A DNA stretch of 64,000 nt from an uncultured Pelagibacteraceae bacterium (lineage in GTDB: Bacteria; Pseudomonadota; Alphaproteobacteria; Pelagibacterales; Pelagibacteraceae), in contig CACPEZ010000004.1 of assembly GCA_902633125.1 (NCBI GenBank), positions 18,143-82,142 on the forward strand. Direction: 5' to 3'. The notes below the pieces were generated by a model that worked only from the letters and a program-made list of their open reading frames with translations, was not told the DNA's origin and made no database searches. Of this stretch, positions 18,998 to 28,851 are shown piece by piece. The position numbers and the translations under genes were made by a program. Within the stretch, counting starts at the first letter, position 1. Every line of letters starts with the position of its first letter.

Positions 18998-21336
18998 TAA
19001 GATTTTACACGTGTTTTTTGAGGATCGTAATGCGGGAAACCAACAACTTTAGCAGGTATTCTTTTTTGATGTCCATCAATTTTACCGACTTCAACGTTCA
19101 TACCTATTTCTGAATGACCTACATCAATTCTGCACAAAGCAATATTTTTATTCAAAGTAGGAGATAGACATCCGCTTGTAACTACGCCAACTTGGGATCT
19201 TCCAATGTGAACGCAATCACCGTGATTAGCTTTTTCTTTGCCTACAAGTTCTAATCCAACTAATTTCTTTTGCGGATTTTCTTTTCTCTTTATTAATGCT
19301 TCTTTACCAATGAAATCTGCTGTTTTTGTTTTTAAAGGAACCGTAAATCCAACACCAGCTTCAAAAGGGTCAACTTGGCCGTCAAATTCATTACCAAATA
19401 ATATTAGTCCAGCTTCAATTCTTAATAAATCTAATGCTCCAAAACCAGCAGGTATTATTCCTTCATCTTTGCCAGCTTCCATAAGTACATCCCAAACTGC
19501 TGGTGCATCTGAAGGGTGACACCATATTTCGTATCCTAACTCGCCTGTGTATCCAGTTCTAGATACCATTAATGGAATTCCACTAAGTTCTTTTACTCTA
19601 CAGATTGTAAACCTAAACCATTGTAATTCTGAAATAGAAGGTTGTGTTGGTGGAGTAAAAATAAACTTTTCTAAAATTTTTCTACTGTTAGGTCCTTGTA
19701 GAGAAATATTATTTATTTGATCAGTAGAGTTTTTAACTAAAACATTAAATTTTTTCTTTTTTGCTTGTTCTTTTAACCATTCACCTGCGTATTCATCACC
19801 ACATACCCATCTAAATCCATGATCACTCATTTTTAACAATGTTCCATCATCAAACATAGAACCATTTTCATAACACATCGAAGAATAAACAATTTGTCCA
19901 ACTGACAATTTTTTAACATTTCTTGTTAAAGTATAGTCCATTAATTCTTCTGCATCCGGACCTAATATTTCAAATTTTCTTAAAGAAGATAAATCAATTA
20001 AAACTGCTTTTTCTCTACACGCTGTATATTCATTTATTACTCCGTGTTTAGTGTAATCGTTGGGTAGCCAATATCCTCTAGCATCAACAAAGTTTCTTGT
20101 TAACTTTGAAGTTCTTTCATGAAATCCTGTATTTTTTGTTAGTTTTAATTCTGAGTCTGGTTTCATTCTAAATGCAAAAGATTTTGTAAATTCTCTTTTT
20201 TTTTCGTAAGTTCTAACAAAAATATCTGTAGGGTTCCATGAATTACATGGATCTATATCACTTGGACAGGCTGATGTTCCGCAGGTTAAATCTTTTAAAG
20301 CTCTTAATATTACATAATCTCCAGGTCTAGCAAATGACTCATCAGAAAGTACGGTATTTAAGCCTCCTGCTGAAGTATTAAAAAATAAATTTATAGCGTG
20401 CCATCCCTTTTGTCTATTAACCCCAAAATTTTCCATAGCACCACTTAAGTTATCTGAGCAATTTGGATGCCCAAAATAACCAGCATCTTCGTAATACTTC
20501 GATGTACAAGCAAGATTAAAAGTGTCATGTCTACCAACAGTATCTCTTATTACTTCTACTAAAGGCTCATGGTCTGTATCATAAAATTTTGAATACAATC
20601 CTGGTCCTGGAAATGTATTTCCCATAAAGGTCCTGGTTGTTTGCCAATCTAAACCTTTTTCAATACCTTTACCCAATTTAGCTGTATCAAAAGCAACAAA
20701 ATCTGAACATTGTCTACCAGTTGGACAAATTATTTGAATATAATCTCCTTCTTTAACTTCAAAAGAAATCGCTGATTGTTTTGCAATATTTTTTTCGTCT
20801 AGAGGATCAAAAATTGGATCTGGAATTATTCTATGTTCTTTATAGTCAACAATATTATTTCTTTTAATAAATAAAGTTAATTCTGTAGGAGGATTTTGTT
20901 CATGAACCAACATATCATTACCAGGTGCAGAAAAAATGCAATAACATTTATCTTTTGAACTTATTTTAATTTTTTCTCCTGGTGGAGTGTCTTTATCAAA
21001 AAGGATTGAAGATTTAGATTTTGCAATTTTAAGATTTCTTTTTTCTAATTGGCGCAAAGCAATTTTCGAACTTTCTTCATTTTTATTTAAAATTTTAATT
21101 ATATCATTTTCTGATTTAGATGATTTTAAATTTAAAATTGATGGATCTGAATTTCCATCAGAATTAAAAACAACTATTTCACAAATTTGATTTCCTTCAT
21201 TATTAATAATTTCAATTTCATCATCCGGAAAAACCTGAACTCCTGTTAATCCACCTCCATTAACTACATATCTTTCAACCCCAGGTGGCAAAACGTTTAA
21301 ACCAGGTTCATTTATTCTTAAATTTTCTTCTAACAT
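18997..21336 (-). CDS. tdm: Trimethylamine N-oxide demethylase (DUF1989 + GcvT domains)
   Basis: N-terminal DUF1989 (GRQCSDF, GRHDTF-LAC, NCSDN, ACPSDID) fused to an aminomethyltransferase (DLSSLRKFE, SRTGYTGELGYE, LRIEAG). Divergent from tmoX. Confidence 0.88.
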   Translation of the reverse strand: MLEENLRINEPGLNVLPPGVERYVVNGGGLTGVQVFPDDEIEIINNEGNQICEIVVFNSDGNSDPSILNLKSSKSENDIIKILNKNEESSKIALRQLEKRNLKIAKSKSSILFDKDTPPGEKIKISSKDKCYCIFSAPGNDMLVHEQNPPTELTLFIKRNNIVDYKEHRIIPDPIFDPLDEKNIAKQSAISFEVKEGDYIQIICPTGRQCSDFVAFDTAKLGKGIEKGLDWQTTRTFMGNTFPGPGLYSKFYDTDHEPLVEVIRDTVGRHDTFNLACTSKYYEDAGYFGHPNCSDNLSGAMENFGVNRQKGWHAINLFFNTSAGGLNTVLSDESFARPGDYVILRALKDLTCGTSACPSDIDPCNSWNPTDIFVRTYEKKREFTKSFAFRMKPDSELKLTKNTGFHERTSKLTRNFVDARGYWLPNDYTKHGVINEYTACREKAVLIDLSSLRKFEILGPDAEELMDYTLTRNVKKLSVGQIVYSSMCYENGSMFDDGTLLKMSDHGFRWVCGDEYAGEWLKEQAKKKKFNVLVKNSTDQINNISLQGPNSRKILEKFIFTPPTQPSISELQWFRFTICRVKELSGIPLMVSRTGYTGELGYEIWCHPSDAPAVWDVLMEAGKDEGIIPAGFGALDLLRIEAGLILFGNEFDGQVDPFEAGVGFTVPLKTKTADFIGKEALIKRKENPQKKLVGLELVGKEKANHGDCVHIGRSQVGVVTSGCLSPTLNKNIALCRIDVGHSEIGMNVEVGKIDGHQKRIPAKVVGFPHYDPQKTRVKS

Positions 21337-21368
21337 TTTAAATCAATGATTACTTATGTTTAAGAATA

Positions 21369-21409
21369 AATCAGTACTGATTAATTGTATATATAAATTT
21401 TAGTACCAA
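21369..21409. promoter_or_regulatory. Candidate operator(s) between divergent tdm and tmoX
   Basis: Perfect 14-bp palindrome AATCAGTACTGATT (21369-21382) plus related TTAGTACCAA (21400-21409). Confidence 0.5.
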
Positions 21410-21415
21410 CTTTTG

Positions 21416-21444
21416 TTGACTGTGAGATTAAATTTAAGGATACT
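21416..21444 (+). promoter_or_regulatory. Putative sigma70 promoter of tmoX
   Basis: TTGACT-N17-GATACT, followed by GAGGAG RBS. Confidence 0.55.
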
Positions 21445-21477
21445 TACTTACTTAATATATTAAGAGAGGAGAAATAA

Positions 21478-22422
21478 ATGAAGAAAATACTATCTTTACT
21501 CTCAGCTATAGTAATTACTGTAGTAAGCTTTGCAGGAATATCTAACGCTGACAGTAAAAAACCCATAGTGATCCCAACTCATAACTGGTCAAGTCAAATT
21601 GTTATGGCCTATGTTATTGGTGGAATCTTTGAAAGCATGGGTAACAATGTTAAATATGTAAATGCTGACTCTCAAGCGGTTTACGAGTCAATTAGAATTG
21701 GTGATGTAACTATATCTCATGAGGTATGGGAATCTGCTTTCGGTAAGTCATTTACAACAGCTTTAGACAAAGGTGGCTTGTTAGACTGGGGCGATCATGA
21801 AGCAAGAACTCTTGAGGATATGGGATATCCAAACTGGGTTGTTGAAAAAGGTCTATGTCCAGGTCTACCAGATTGGACAGCTCTAAAAAATCCAGACTGT
21901 GCAAAAAACTTTACAACACCTGACTCTCCAGATGGAAAAGGAAGAATGTTGGAAGGTCCACAGACTTGGCATGGTGACTTGATCCCTCAAAGGATTGATG
22001 CTCTAGGCTTAGGTGATTTATGGTGGGTTAAGTTTGCTGGAGGTGCTGATGCACTTTGGGCAGAGTTAGCAGCTGCTGAAAAAGAAGGAAGAGGAACTAT
22101 AATTTTCAACTGGACACCAAACTTTACTGATGGTGCTGGTTTTACATTTATCGACTTCCCTCCATACACAGCTGGTTGTAGACCAGCAGATGGTGGTGAT
22201 GGAAAATGTGGTTCTCCGGATGGTTATTTGAAAAAAGCAGTACACGAAGATTTTCCAAAAACTCATCCAGATGCAGCAGCAGCGTTTAAAAAATTGTCAT
22301 TTTCAACAAGTCAAATTGGTGCTATGGCAGCTTTAGTAGACGTTGACAAAATGACTCACGAAGATGCAGCTAAAAAATGGTTAGCTGATAACGAGTCAAC
22401 TTGGAAAGCTTTCCTTAAATAA
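21478..22422 (+). CDS. tmoX: TMAO ABC transporter substrate-binding protein (OpuAC/ProX family)
   Basis: Signal peptide, HNWSSQ, EVWE, CPGLPDW-ALK-C, FNWTPNF. Adjacent to tdm. Confidence 0.85.
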   Translation: MKKILSLLSAIVITVVSFAGISNADSKKPIVIPTHNWSSQIVMAYVIGGIFESMGNNVKYVNADSQAVYESIRIGDVTISHEVWESAFGKSFTTALDKGGLLDWGDHEARTLEDMGYPNWVVEKGLCPGLPDWTALKNPDCAKNFTTPDSPDGKGRMLEGPQTWHGDLIPQRIDALGLGDLWWVKFAGGADALWAELAAAEKEGRGTIIFNWTPNFTDGAGFTFIDFPPYTAGCRPADGGDGKCGSPDGYLKKAVHEDFPKTHPDAAAAFKKLSFSTSQIGAMAALVDVDKMTHEDAAKKWLADNESTWKAFLK

Positions 22423-22443
22423 GGATAAAAGTTAAAAATTAAG

Positions 22444-22478
22444 ATCTCCCCCAATTCTGTTGGGGGGGATTTTTTTTT
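22444..22478 (+). terminator. Rho-independent terminator after tmoX
   Basis: ATCTCCCCCAA-TTCTG-TTGGGGGGGAT then a T run. Confidence 0.85.
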
Positions 22479-22503
22479 ATTAAGATTTGTGTAAAATATA
22501 GTT

Positions 22504-22881
22504 ATGAGAAAATATCTTTTTTATATTTGTCTAAGTTTATTAATTAGCTCATCAGTTTTTGCTCGAAGCACTGGATGTAAAGAAGGTAACTGTGAAAATG
22601 GATATGGAAAGTGGGTTTATACAGATAAAACCACTTATGAAGGTGAGTGGGTAGGCACAAAAAAAAATGGTCAAGGTGTAGAAACATGGCCAAACGGATA
22701 TGTCTATGAAGGTGAGTTTAAAAATAGTGTTTGGAGTGGTGTTGGAACTTTAACTTTCCCAGATGGCTCTACTTACGAAGGAGAGTGGGCTAATGGTTTT
22801 ATGAATGGCAAAGGAACATTTACTTGGGCTAATGGAGACCAAAAAATAGGAATTTGGAAAAACGGTAAATTACAAGAATAA
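22504..22881 (+). CDS. Exported MORN-repeat protein
   Basis: Signal peptide ending VFA, CKEGNCENGYG, repeats YEGEWVG..NGQG / YEGEF..SGVG / YEGEWANG..NGKG. Confidence 0.88.
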   Translation: MRKYLFYICLSLLISSSVFARSTGCKEGNCENGYGKWVYTDKTTYEGEWVGTKKNGQGVETWPNGYVYEGEFKNSVWSGVGTLTFPDGSTYEGEWANGFMNGKGTFTWANGDQKIGIWKNGKLQE

Positions 22882-23432
22882 TGTCGAACGAAACTTCATT
22901 TAATAAATTAAAAGGATTACCCGAGAACCTAAAACAATTTATAGGACTAATAATTTTAACAATAGTCATAATTTCTTCTTTTGCTATTTTAAATAATATA
23001 TTTAGTGAGGGTGATGAACTAGTTAGAAAAATGAAATTAGAAGAAGAGAGAATTGCAAAAGAGAGAAAATTAAGTGCATTAATTTCAAAACTTCCCTCGG
23101 GTATATTGGTAACTTTTGATGGTACTGATCATTATAAATTATCAGACGAATTGTATGAAGGAGTGTGTAATGCCACAAAGCTTATTCCCCAAAGAGCAAT
23201 AATGGGTGCAAATTTCTTAAATTTTAGAGCACATGAAATTTATACGATTAACGGTAATAAAATTGATGAAACATTTGTTGAATGGGATGCTGAAAAAAAG
23301 AAATGTTTTGCAGGTTTTACAGTTAGTGGGAATAACGTAGGAGTAGACGAAACAATTAAAGTAAGCGGTGAAGCTTTAAGTTTTTTAAGCACTGGAATTG
23401 ATACAAGGGTTTATTTTATTAAAAATTTTTAA
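22881..23432 (+). CDS. Hypothetical membrane-anchored protein
   Basis: One N-terminal TM helix, coiled segment, two Cys. TAATG-coupled to the MORN gene. Confidence 0.75.
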   Translation: MSNETSFNKLKGLPENLKQFIGLIILTIVIISSFAILNNIFSEGDELVRKMKLEEERIAKERKLSALISKLPSGILVTFDGTDHYKLSDELYEGVCNATKLIPQRAIMGANFLNFRAHEIYTINGNKIDETFVEWDAEKKKCFAGFTVSGNNVGVDETIKVSGEALSFLSTGIDTRVYFIKNF

Positions 23433-23496
23433 TGGAAATAAGCTTCAATTATATTGATTTTAATTTAATTAATTTTCGTATATTTTTATAAGAATT

Positions 23497-24528
23497 ATGT
23501 CTGAAGCAGTAATCAAATGCGAAGCAGTTTATAAAATTTTTGGTGAAAATGCCAAAAAGATGCTTCAAGACTCAAATGGTAATGTTGATGCTAAAACATT
23601 TCAAGAAAATGGTTGTATAGTAGGTGTAAACAATGCTTCCTTTGAAGTAGCCAAAGGGGAGATGCTTGTTGTAATGGGCTTATCTGGATCTGGTAAGTCA
23701 ACTTTACTAAGATGTATATCTAGATTAACAGATGCAACAGGTGGAAAAATTTTTATAGAAGGTCAAGATTTATTAAATCTAAATAATAAAGAATTAATAG
23801 AGCTTAGAAGGAATAAAATGGGTATGGTTTTTCAAAGCTTTGCTCTTCTTCCACACAAAACCGTTGTAGAAAATATAGCTTTTCCTCTTCAAATCAAAGG
23901 TATCAAAACTGAGGAGAGCATTAATAAAGCAATGGAGATGGTTAAATTAGTTGGACTTGATGGAAGAGAAAATTATTTTCCAAGAGAACTTTCAGGTGGA
24001 CAACAACAAAGAGTGGGTATTGCAAGATCTCTAGCAGTTGAACCTGATATATGGTTTTTAGATGAACCTTTTTCTGCTTTAGATCCTTTAATTAGAAAAG
24101 AAATGCAAGATGAATTTTTAAGACTTCAAGAAAAATTACAAAAAACAATTATGTTTATTACTCATGATTTTGATGAAGCATTAAAACTTGCTGATCGAAT
24201 TGCAATTATGAAAGATGGTATAATTGAACAACTAGATACACCTGCAAATATAGTTTTAAACCCAGCCACAGAATATGTAAGAAAATTTACTGAAGAAGTA
24301 CCTAGAGAAAAAGTTTTATTAATTGAAGATGTAATGGATGAATCTATATCTAATAATTTAGGTGATGTTAAAGTCTCAAAAGATGAAATCATAGAAAATG
24401 TTGCAGAAAAAATATTAACACAAGAAAAATCTGTAGCAGTTATAGATGAAAACAATAAAACCGTTGGGTCAATCAACCCAACAAAAATAATAAATACTGT
24501 CTTTGGCGGAAGAAAGAACGGAAAATAA
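23497..24528 (+). CDS. tmoW: TMAO/betaine ABC transporter ATP-binding subunit (ProV family)
   Basis: MGLSGSGKST, LSGGQQQRVG, DEPFSALDPLIR, FITHDFDEAL. Confidence 0.85.
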   Translation: MSEAVIKCEAVYKIFGENAKKMLQDSNGNVDAKTFQENGCIVGVNNASFEVAKGEMLVVMGLSGSGKSTLLRCISRLTDATGGKIFIEGQDLLNLNNKELIELRRNKMGMVFQSFALLPHKTVVENIAFPLQIKGIKTEESINKAMEMVKLVGLDGRENYFPRELSGGQQQRVGIARSLAVEPDIWFLDEPFSALDPLIRKEMQDEFLRLQEKLQKTIMFITHDFDEALKLADRIAIMKDGIIEQLDTPANIVLNPATEYVRKFTEEVPREKVLLIEDVMDESISNNLGDVKVSKDEIIENVAEKILTQEKSVAVIDENNKTVGSINPTKIINTVFGGRKNGK

Positions 24529-24531
24529 ATT

Positions 24532-26685
24532 ATGGAATTTTTAAAAAAATATCCAAAAATATTTCAGTGGTTATTTCTATTAATTGTTTTCTTTGCTCTT
24601 TGTTTTGCTATTGATGTTCCAGAAACATATAAATTCATTAGAGGTCAAGCTGAATTCGTAAAAGATCCTAATCAAAGTAGTTATATATTTTTAGGCAAAG
24701 AAGTAAGATATTACGCCTTTGATGTTTTCTGGCGACTTCCTCCATTACTTGGATGGTTGCCAATATGGATAAATGACTCCTTGTTTTTCTTAATGAATGA
24801 GTGGATGCCAATGGAGTTTTGGAATGAGGACACTCAAGAATTTAAAACCAGACCAATAGTTTTACAAATTAGCAGAAATTTAACTGCTTTTATGACCTTT
24901 TTAATAGAACTAATTAGAGAAATTCTGTTAGGTGGACTTGAAACAATTGTTGCTTTTACGAGTTGGGATTGGATCGATGCCAACCCTTGGGCGGAGTTAC
25001 CAGGTCTACCTTGGACAATAGTTGCGGCCGGTTTTGCAATACTTGCTTATAAATTAAGTGGTATTGGCCTCGCTTTATTTGCTGGTTTAACCATGGTTTA
25101 TATTTCTATGTTTGGACAGTGGAAACCATCAATGCAAACACTCTCTTTTATTTTAGTTGCTGCGCCTCTATCTTTTATATTTGGGTTAACTTTAGGTATT
25201 GCAGCTTATAAAAGTAAACGTGTAGAAAAAGCTCTATATCCAATTCTATTAGTTATGCAAACAATGCCACAATATGCAGTATTAGTTCCTGCACTTGTTC
25301 TTTTTGGAGTCGGTGACCACGCTGCTGTAATTATAACTATGGTTGTTGCTGTTCCACCCATGATATTACTTACTTTACTAGGATTGAGAGCTATTCCTCC
25401 AGAAGTAATTGAAGCTGGAAGAATGAGTGGTTGTAATAATTGGCAACTGATGTCTAAAGTGCTAATTCCAACGGCCAGACGGGATATTTTAATTGGCGTA
25501 AACCAGGTTATCATGGTGTGCTTTTCTATGGCTGTTATTTCAGCCTTCATTGGAGCGAAAGGTCTAGGCTTCAACTTATTGTTGGCATTAAATCAGCTTA
25601 ACATTGGATTAGCATTAGAAGCTGGTCTTTGTATTAGTCTAATTGCAATTTTATTAGATAAAATGTCATTGGCTTGGGCAAATAAACAAGTTGATTATTT
25701 TGGTAATTTGAATTTTTTTCAAAGAAATAAAAATTTATTATTTTTTAGTATTACAGTCATAATTGGAATTTTACTCGCTTACTTTGGATCTGTTTATTTT
25801 AAGGGTGGTTACAATTATTTATTTGAAGTGCCGCACAACAAAGGAATATCAACTGCTGATTTTTGGAATAAAGGTGTTGATTGGATTTTTGATACTTTCT
25901 TTGTTTATATAAAAGCGTTTAATACGTGGTTAATTCAAGAGGTATTACAACCAATGAGAGCTTTGTATTTAAGGATGCCAGCTGTTGCCACATTAGTTTT
26001 AGTTGTTGGTGCTGGCTATTTGATTGGTGGAATTAGATCTGCATTGGTAGTTTGTGGTTTAACATTATTCATAGCTCTAAGCCCTTGGTGGGATAGAGCT
26101 TTAGTAACAGCTTACATGGCAACATTTGGGGTAATCGTTTCTTGTATAATTGGATTTACAGTTGGCACATTATGTTTTCAAAATAAACATTCTGCAAAAT
26201 TTATGTTAGGCGTATGTGATATTTTTCAAACATTTCCATCATTTGTTTATCTTATTCCTGTGATGATGCTATTTGGAATAACCGATACTTCGGTTCTTAT
26301 TGCTGTAATTGTTTATGCAACTATACCAGCAACCAGATACACAATTGAAGGCCTTAGAAGTGTTCCTGCAGGTTTGCATGATGCAGCAACGATGTCTGGC
26401 GTAAATAAATTTCAAAGATTAACAAAAATAGAATTTCCTTTAGCATTTCCTCATATGATGCTTGGTATTAATCAAACAATAGTGTTTGCATTATTTATGG
26501 TGATTATAGGGGCATTTATCGGCACAGAAGATTTAGGACAATATATTTTAAAAGCTTTGTCAGATAAAAATGGTGCTGGTATTGGATTAACTTTAGGTAT
26601 TTGTGTAGCATTTATAGGTTTAATCTTTGACAATTTGATAAGAACTTGGGTAGAAAAAAGAAAAAAACATCTAGGAATTGCTTAA
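24532..26685 (+). CDS. tmoV: TMAO/betaine ABC permease, two fused ProW-type domains
   Basis: Two repeats: MQTMPQYAVLVP...IEAGRMSG and FQTFPSFVYLIP...HDAATMSG. Confidence 0.85.
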   Translation: MEFLKKYPKIFQWLFLLIVFFALCFAIDVPETYKFIRGQAEFVKDPNQSSYIFLGKEVRYYAFDVFWRLPPLLGWLPIWINDSLFFLMNEWMPMEFWNEDTQEFKTRPIVLQISRNLTAFMTFLIELIREILLGGLETIVAFTSWDWIDANPWAELPGLPWTIVAAGFAILAYKLSGIGLALFAGLTMVYISMFGQWKPSMQTLSFILVAAPLSFIFGLTLGIAAYKSKRVEKALYPILLVMQTMPQYAVLVPALVLFGVGDHAAVIITMVVAVPPMILLTLLGLRAIPPEVIEAGRMSGCNNWQLMSKVLIPTARRDILIGVNQVIMVCFSMAVISAFIGAKGLGFNLLLALNQLNIGLALEAGLCISLIAILLDKMSLAWANKQVDYFGNLNFFQRNKNLLFFSITVIIGILLAYFGSVYFKGGYNYLFEVPHNKGISTADFWNKGVDWIFDTFFVYIKAFNTWLIQEVLQPMRALYLRMPAVATLVLVVGAGYLIGGIRSALVVCGLTLFIALSPWWDRALVTAYMATFGVIVSCIIGFTVGTLCFQNKHSAKFMLGVCDIFQTFPSFVYLIPVMMLFGITDTSVLIAVIVYATIPATRYTIEGLRSVPAGLHDAATMSGVNKFQRLTKIEFPLAFPHMMLGINQTIVFALFMVIIGAFIGTEDLGQYILKALSDKNGAGIGLTLGICVAFIGLIFDNLIRTWVEKRKKHLGIA

Positions 26686-26691
26686 GCTTAA

Positions 26692-27651
26692 ATGAAAAAA
26701 ATTTTAATAATAGGCGGTGGCGCAATGGGATCTGCTTTTACTTTTCCATGTATAGACAATAAAAATGAAGTAACTATCACAGAGCCTTACAATAAAACTT
26801 TTATTAAAAATTTATCTTCAAAAAAGAAATATCATTCTAGTTTAAAAATAAATTTACCTAATAAACTAAAATACAAAAAATACTCAACTCATTTGTTAAA
26901 GAATAAATATGATTTAGTCGTTGTTGCGCTAAGTTTATCAGGAATAAATTTCATTAGTGAAGAATTTAAAAAATCAAACATCAAAAGTCCAATTCTTATT
27001 CTTACTAAAGGTTTAAAGTATGAGAAAAAAAAACAGAAAATTTTTACTCTTTCAGAGGATATAAAGAAAACTAATAAAAATATAAATGTTTCAGTTTTAA
27101 AAGGACCTTGCTTAGCAAAAGAACTCTCAAATAAAAAACAAACAAGTGTAATTGTTGCTAATAAAAATATCAAAACTGCAAAAAAAATTTGTAATATGAT
27201 AACTACAAAATACTATTTAACAGAAACTTCGAAAGATGTTATTGGAGTTGAGATATGTTCTTCAATTAAAAATATTTATTCAATGATTATTGGGGCTGGA
27301 GATAGTCTAAATATGTCTTCAAGTTTATTCAAAAAATCTATAAATGAGATGATATATATTACTAAATATTTTAAAGGAAAAATTGAGACAGCTCTTGGAT
27401 TGGCAGGAGTTGGAGATCTATACGTCAGTGCTGCTGGAGGTAGAAATAGTAAAATGGGAAGTTACTTAGGGCAAGGCTACACATTTAATAATGCTAAAAG
27501 AAAATTTATGCCTAATGAAACTGTAGAGGGAGAGCAACTTGCAAGAGAAATTGCTCCATTCGTATTAAAAAAAATTCAACAAAAAAAAATCCCTTTGATG
27601 ACAAAATTAATTAAATCTATAATTAATAATAAAAAATTAATATTAAATTAA
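26692..27651 (+). CDS. NAD(P)H-dependent glycerol-3-phosphate dehydrogenase-like (GpsA family, divergent)
   Basis: IIGGGAMG, TKG, GPCLAKE, IKNIYS, GLAGVGDL, GRN, VEG. Confidence 0.8.
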   Translation: MKKILIIGGGAMGSAFTFPCIDNKNEVTITEPYNKTFIKNLSSKKKYHSSLKINLPNKLKYKKYSTHLLKNKYDLVVVALSLSGINFISEEFKKSNIKSPILILTKGLKYEKKKQKIFTLSEDIKKTNKNINVSVLKGPCLAKELSNKKQTSVIVANKNIKTAKKICNMITTKYYLTETSKDVIGVEICSSIKNIYSMIIGAGDSLNMSSSLFKKSINEMIYITKYFKGKIETALGLAGVGDLYVSAAGGRNSKMGSYLGQGYTFNNAKRKFMPNETVEGEQLAREIAPFVLKKIQQKKIPLMTKLIKSIINNKKLILN

Positions 27652-27653
27652 AA

Positions 27654-28739
27654 ATGGCAAGTATTAAAATAGATAAAGTAAACAAGTTTTTTGGTAACAC
27701 ACATGTGATCAAAGATGTTTCTCTTGATATAAAAAGTGAGTCTTTCACAGTTCTAGTAGGCCCAAGCGGATGCGGTAAATCAACAATTTTAAGAATGATT
27801 GCAGGTTTAGAGGAAATTAACTCAGGTACAATATCTATTGATGATAAAGTTGTGAATGATCTACCACCTAAGGAAAGAAATATTGCAATGGTATTTCAAT
27901 CTTATGCTCTTTATCCTCATATGACTGTATTTGATAATATGGCTTTTGGTTTAAAGATTGAAAAAAAATCAAAAGAAGAAATAGAGCAAAGAGTAATGGA
28001 AGCTGCTAAAATTTTACAAATAGAAGAGTATCTAGAGAGAAAACCCAAACAATTATCTGGAGGTCAACGTCAAAGAGTAGCTATTGGTAGAGCCATTACA
28101 AGAAAACCAAAAGTTTTCCTATTCGATGAACCATTATCTAATCTAGATGCAGCATTAAGAGTACAAATGAGAGTAGAATTGGCAAAATTACATGATCAAC
28201 TTAATGCAACAATGATTTACGTAACTCATGATCAAACTGAAGCCATGACACTTGCAAATGATATTGTTGTATTGGATCAAGGTATAGTTTCACAAAAGGG
28301 ATCACCCATGAACTTATATAATAACCCAGATAATTTGTTTGTTGGGGGTTTTATCGGTTCTCCAAAAATGAATTTTATAGATAGTAAAATTTTAAGCAAA
28401 AGTTCAAAGAGTTCTGAAGTAGATATAATGGGGACTGGAAAGTTAAATGTACCAAAAATTTCAGAGAATACTCAAGAAGGGGATAGTATAAAAATTGGAA
28501 TAAGACCAGAGCACTTAATATTAAACGCAGATTCAGATTCTTTGTGGGAGAGCAAGGTTTTCGTCGTAGAAAAATTAGGGTCAGGAACATATTTATATTT
28601 GGAGAAAGAGGGAGATCCTCTTGTTGTACAAACTGATGGAGACACAAATATTAAAGTAGGTGACACTGTTAAAATAGGTTTTGATCCATTTCGTTGCCAT
28701 TTATTTGATAATAAAGGTATTTCTTTTAAAAATTCCTAA
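27654..28739 (+). CDS. Carbohydrate ABC transporter ATP-binding subunit (MalK/UgpC family)
   Basis: GPSGCGKST, LSGGQRQRVAIGRA, DEPLSNLDA, YVTHDQTEAMTLA, GIRPEH, C-terminal TOBE domain. Confidence 0.93.
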   Translation: MASIKIDKVNKFFGNTHVIKDVSLDIKSESFTVLVGPSGCGKSTILRMIAGLEEINSGTISIDDKVVNDLPPKERNIAMVFQSYALYPHMTVFDNMAFGLKIEKKSKEEIEQRVMEAAKILQIEEYLERKPKQLSGGQRQRVAIGRAITRKPKVFLFDEPLSNLDAALRVQMRVELAKLHDQLNATMIYVTHDQTEAMTLANDIVVLDQGIVSQKGSPMNLYNNPDNLFVGGFIGSPKMNFIDSKILSKSSKSSEVDIMGTGKLNVPKISENTQEGDSIKIGIRPEHLILNADSDSLWESKVFVVEKLGSGTYLYLEKEGDPLVVQTDGDTNIKVGDTVKIGFDPFRCHLFDNKGISFKNS

Positions 28740-28759
28740 ATCAATCTCAGGTAGTATTG

Positions 28760-28802
28760 TGTAAATTACATACTTGTTATTCTTCTTTTAAATGTTCATT
28801 AT
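28760..28802 (+). promoter_or_regulatory. Possible operator plus promoter upstream of the sugar-binding protein
   Basis: Inverted repeat TGTAA-A-TTACA (28760-28770) next to TTGTTA-N17-CATTAT. Confidence 0.3.
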
Positions 28803-28851
28803 GTGTTAATTTTTAAATAACTTTAAAAAACAAGAAAAAAGAGGGGAATAT

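Noticed and set aside
22504-22881. Nucleotide-level repetition suggesting a repeat array or CRISPR
   Set aside because: Explained by MORN protein repeats; no identical direct repeats with spacers and no cas genes.
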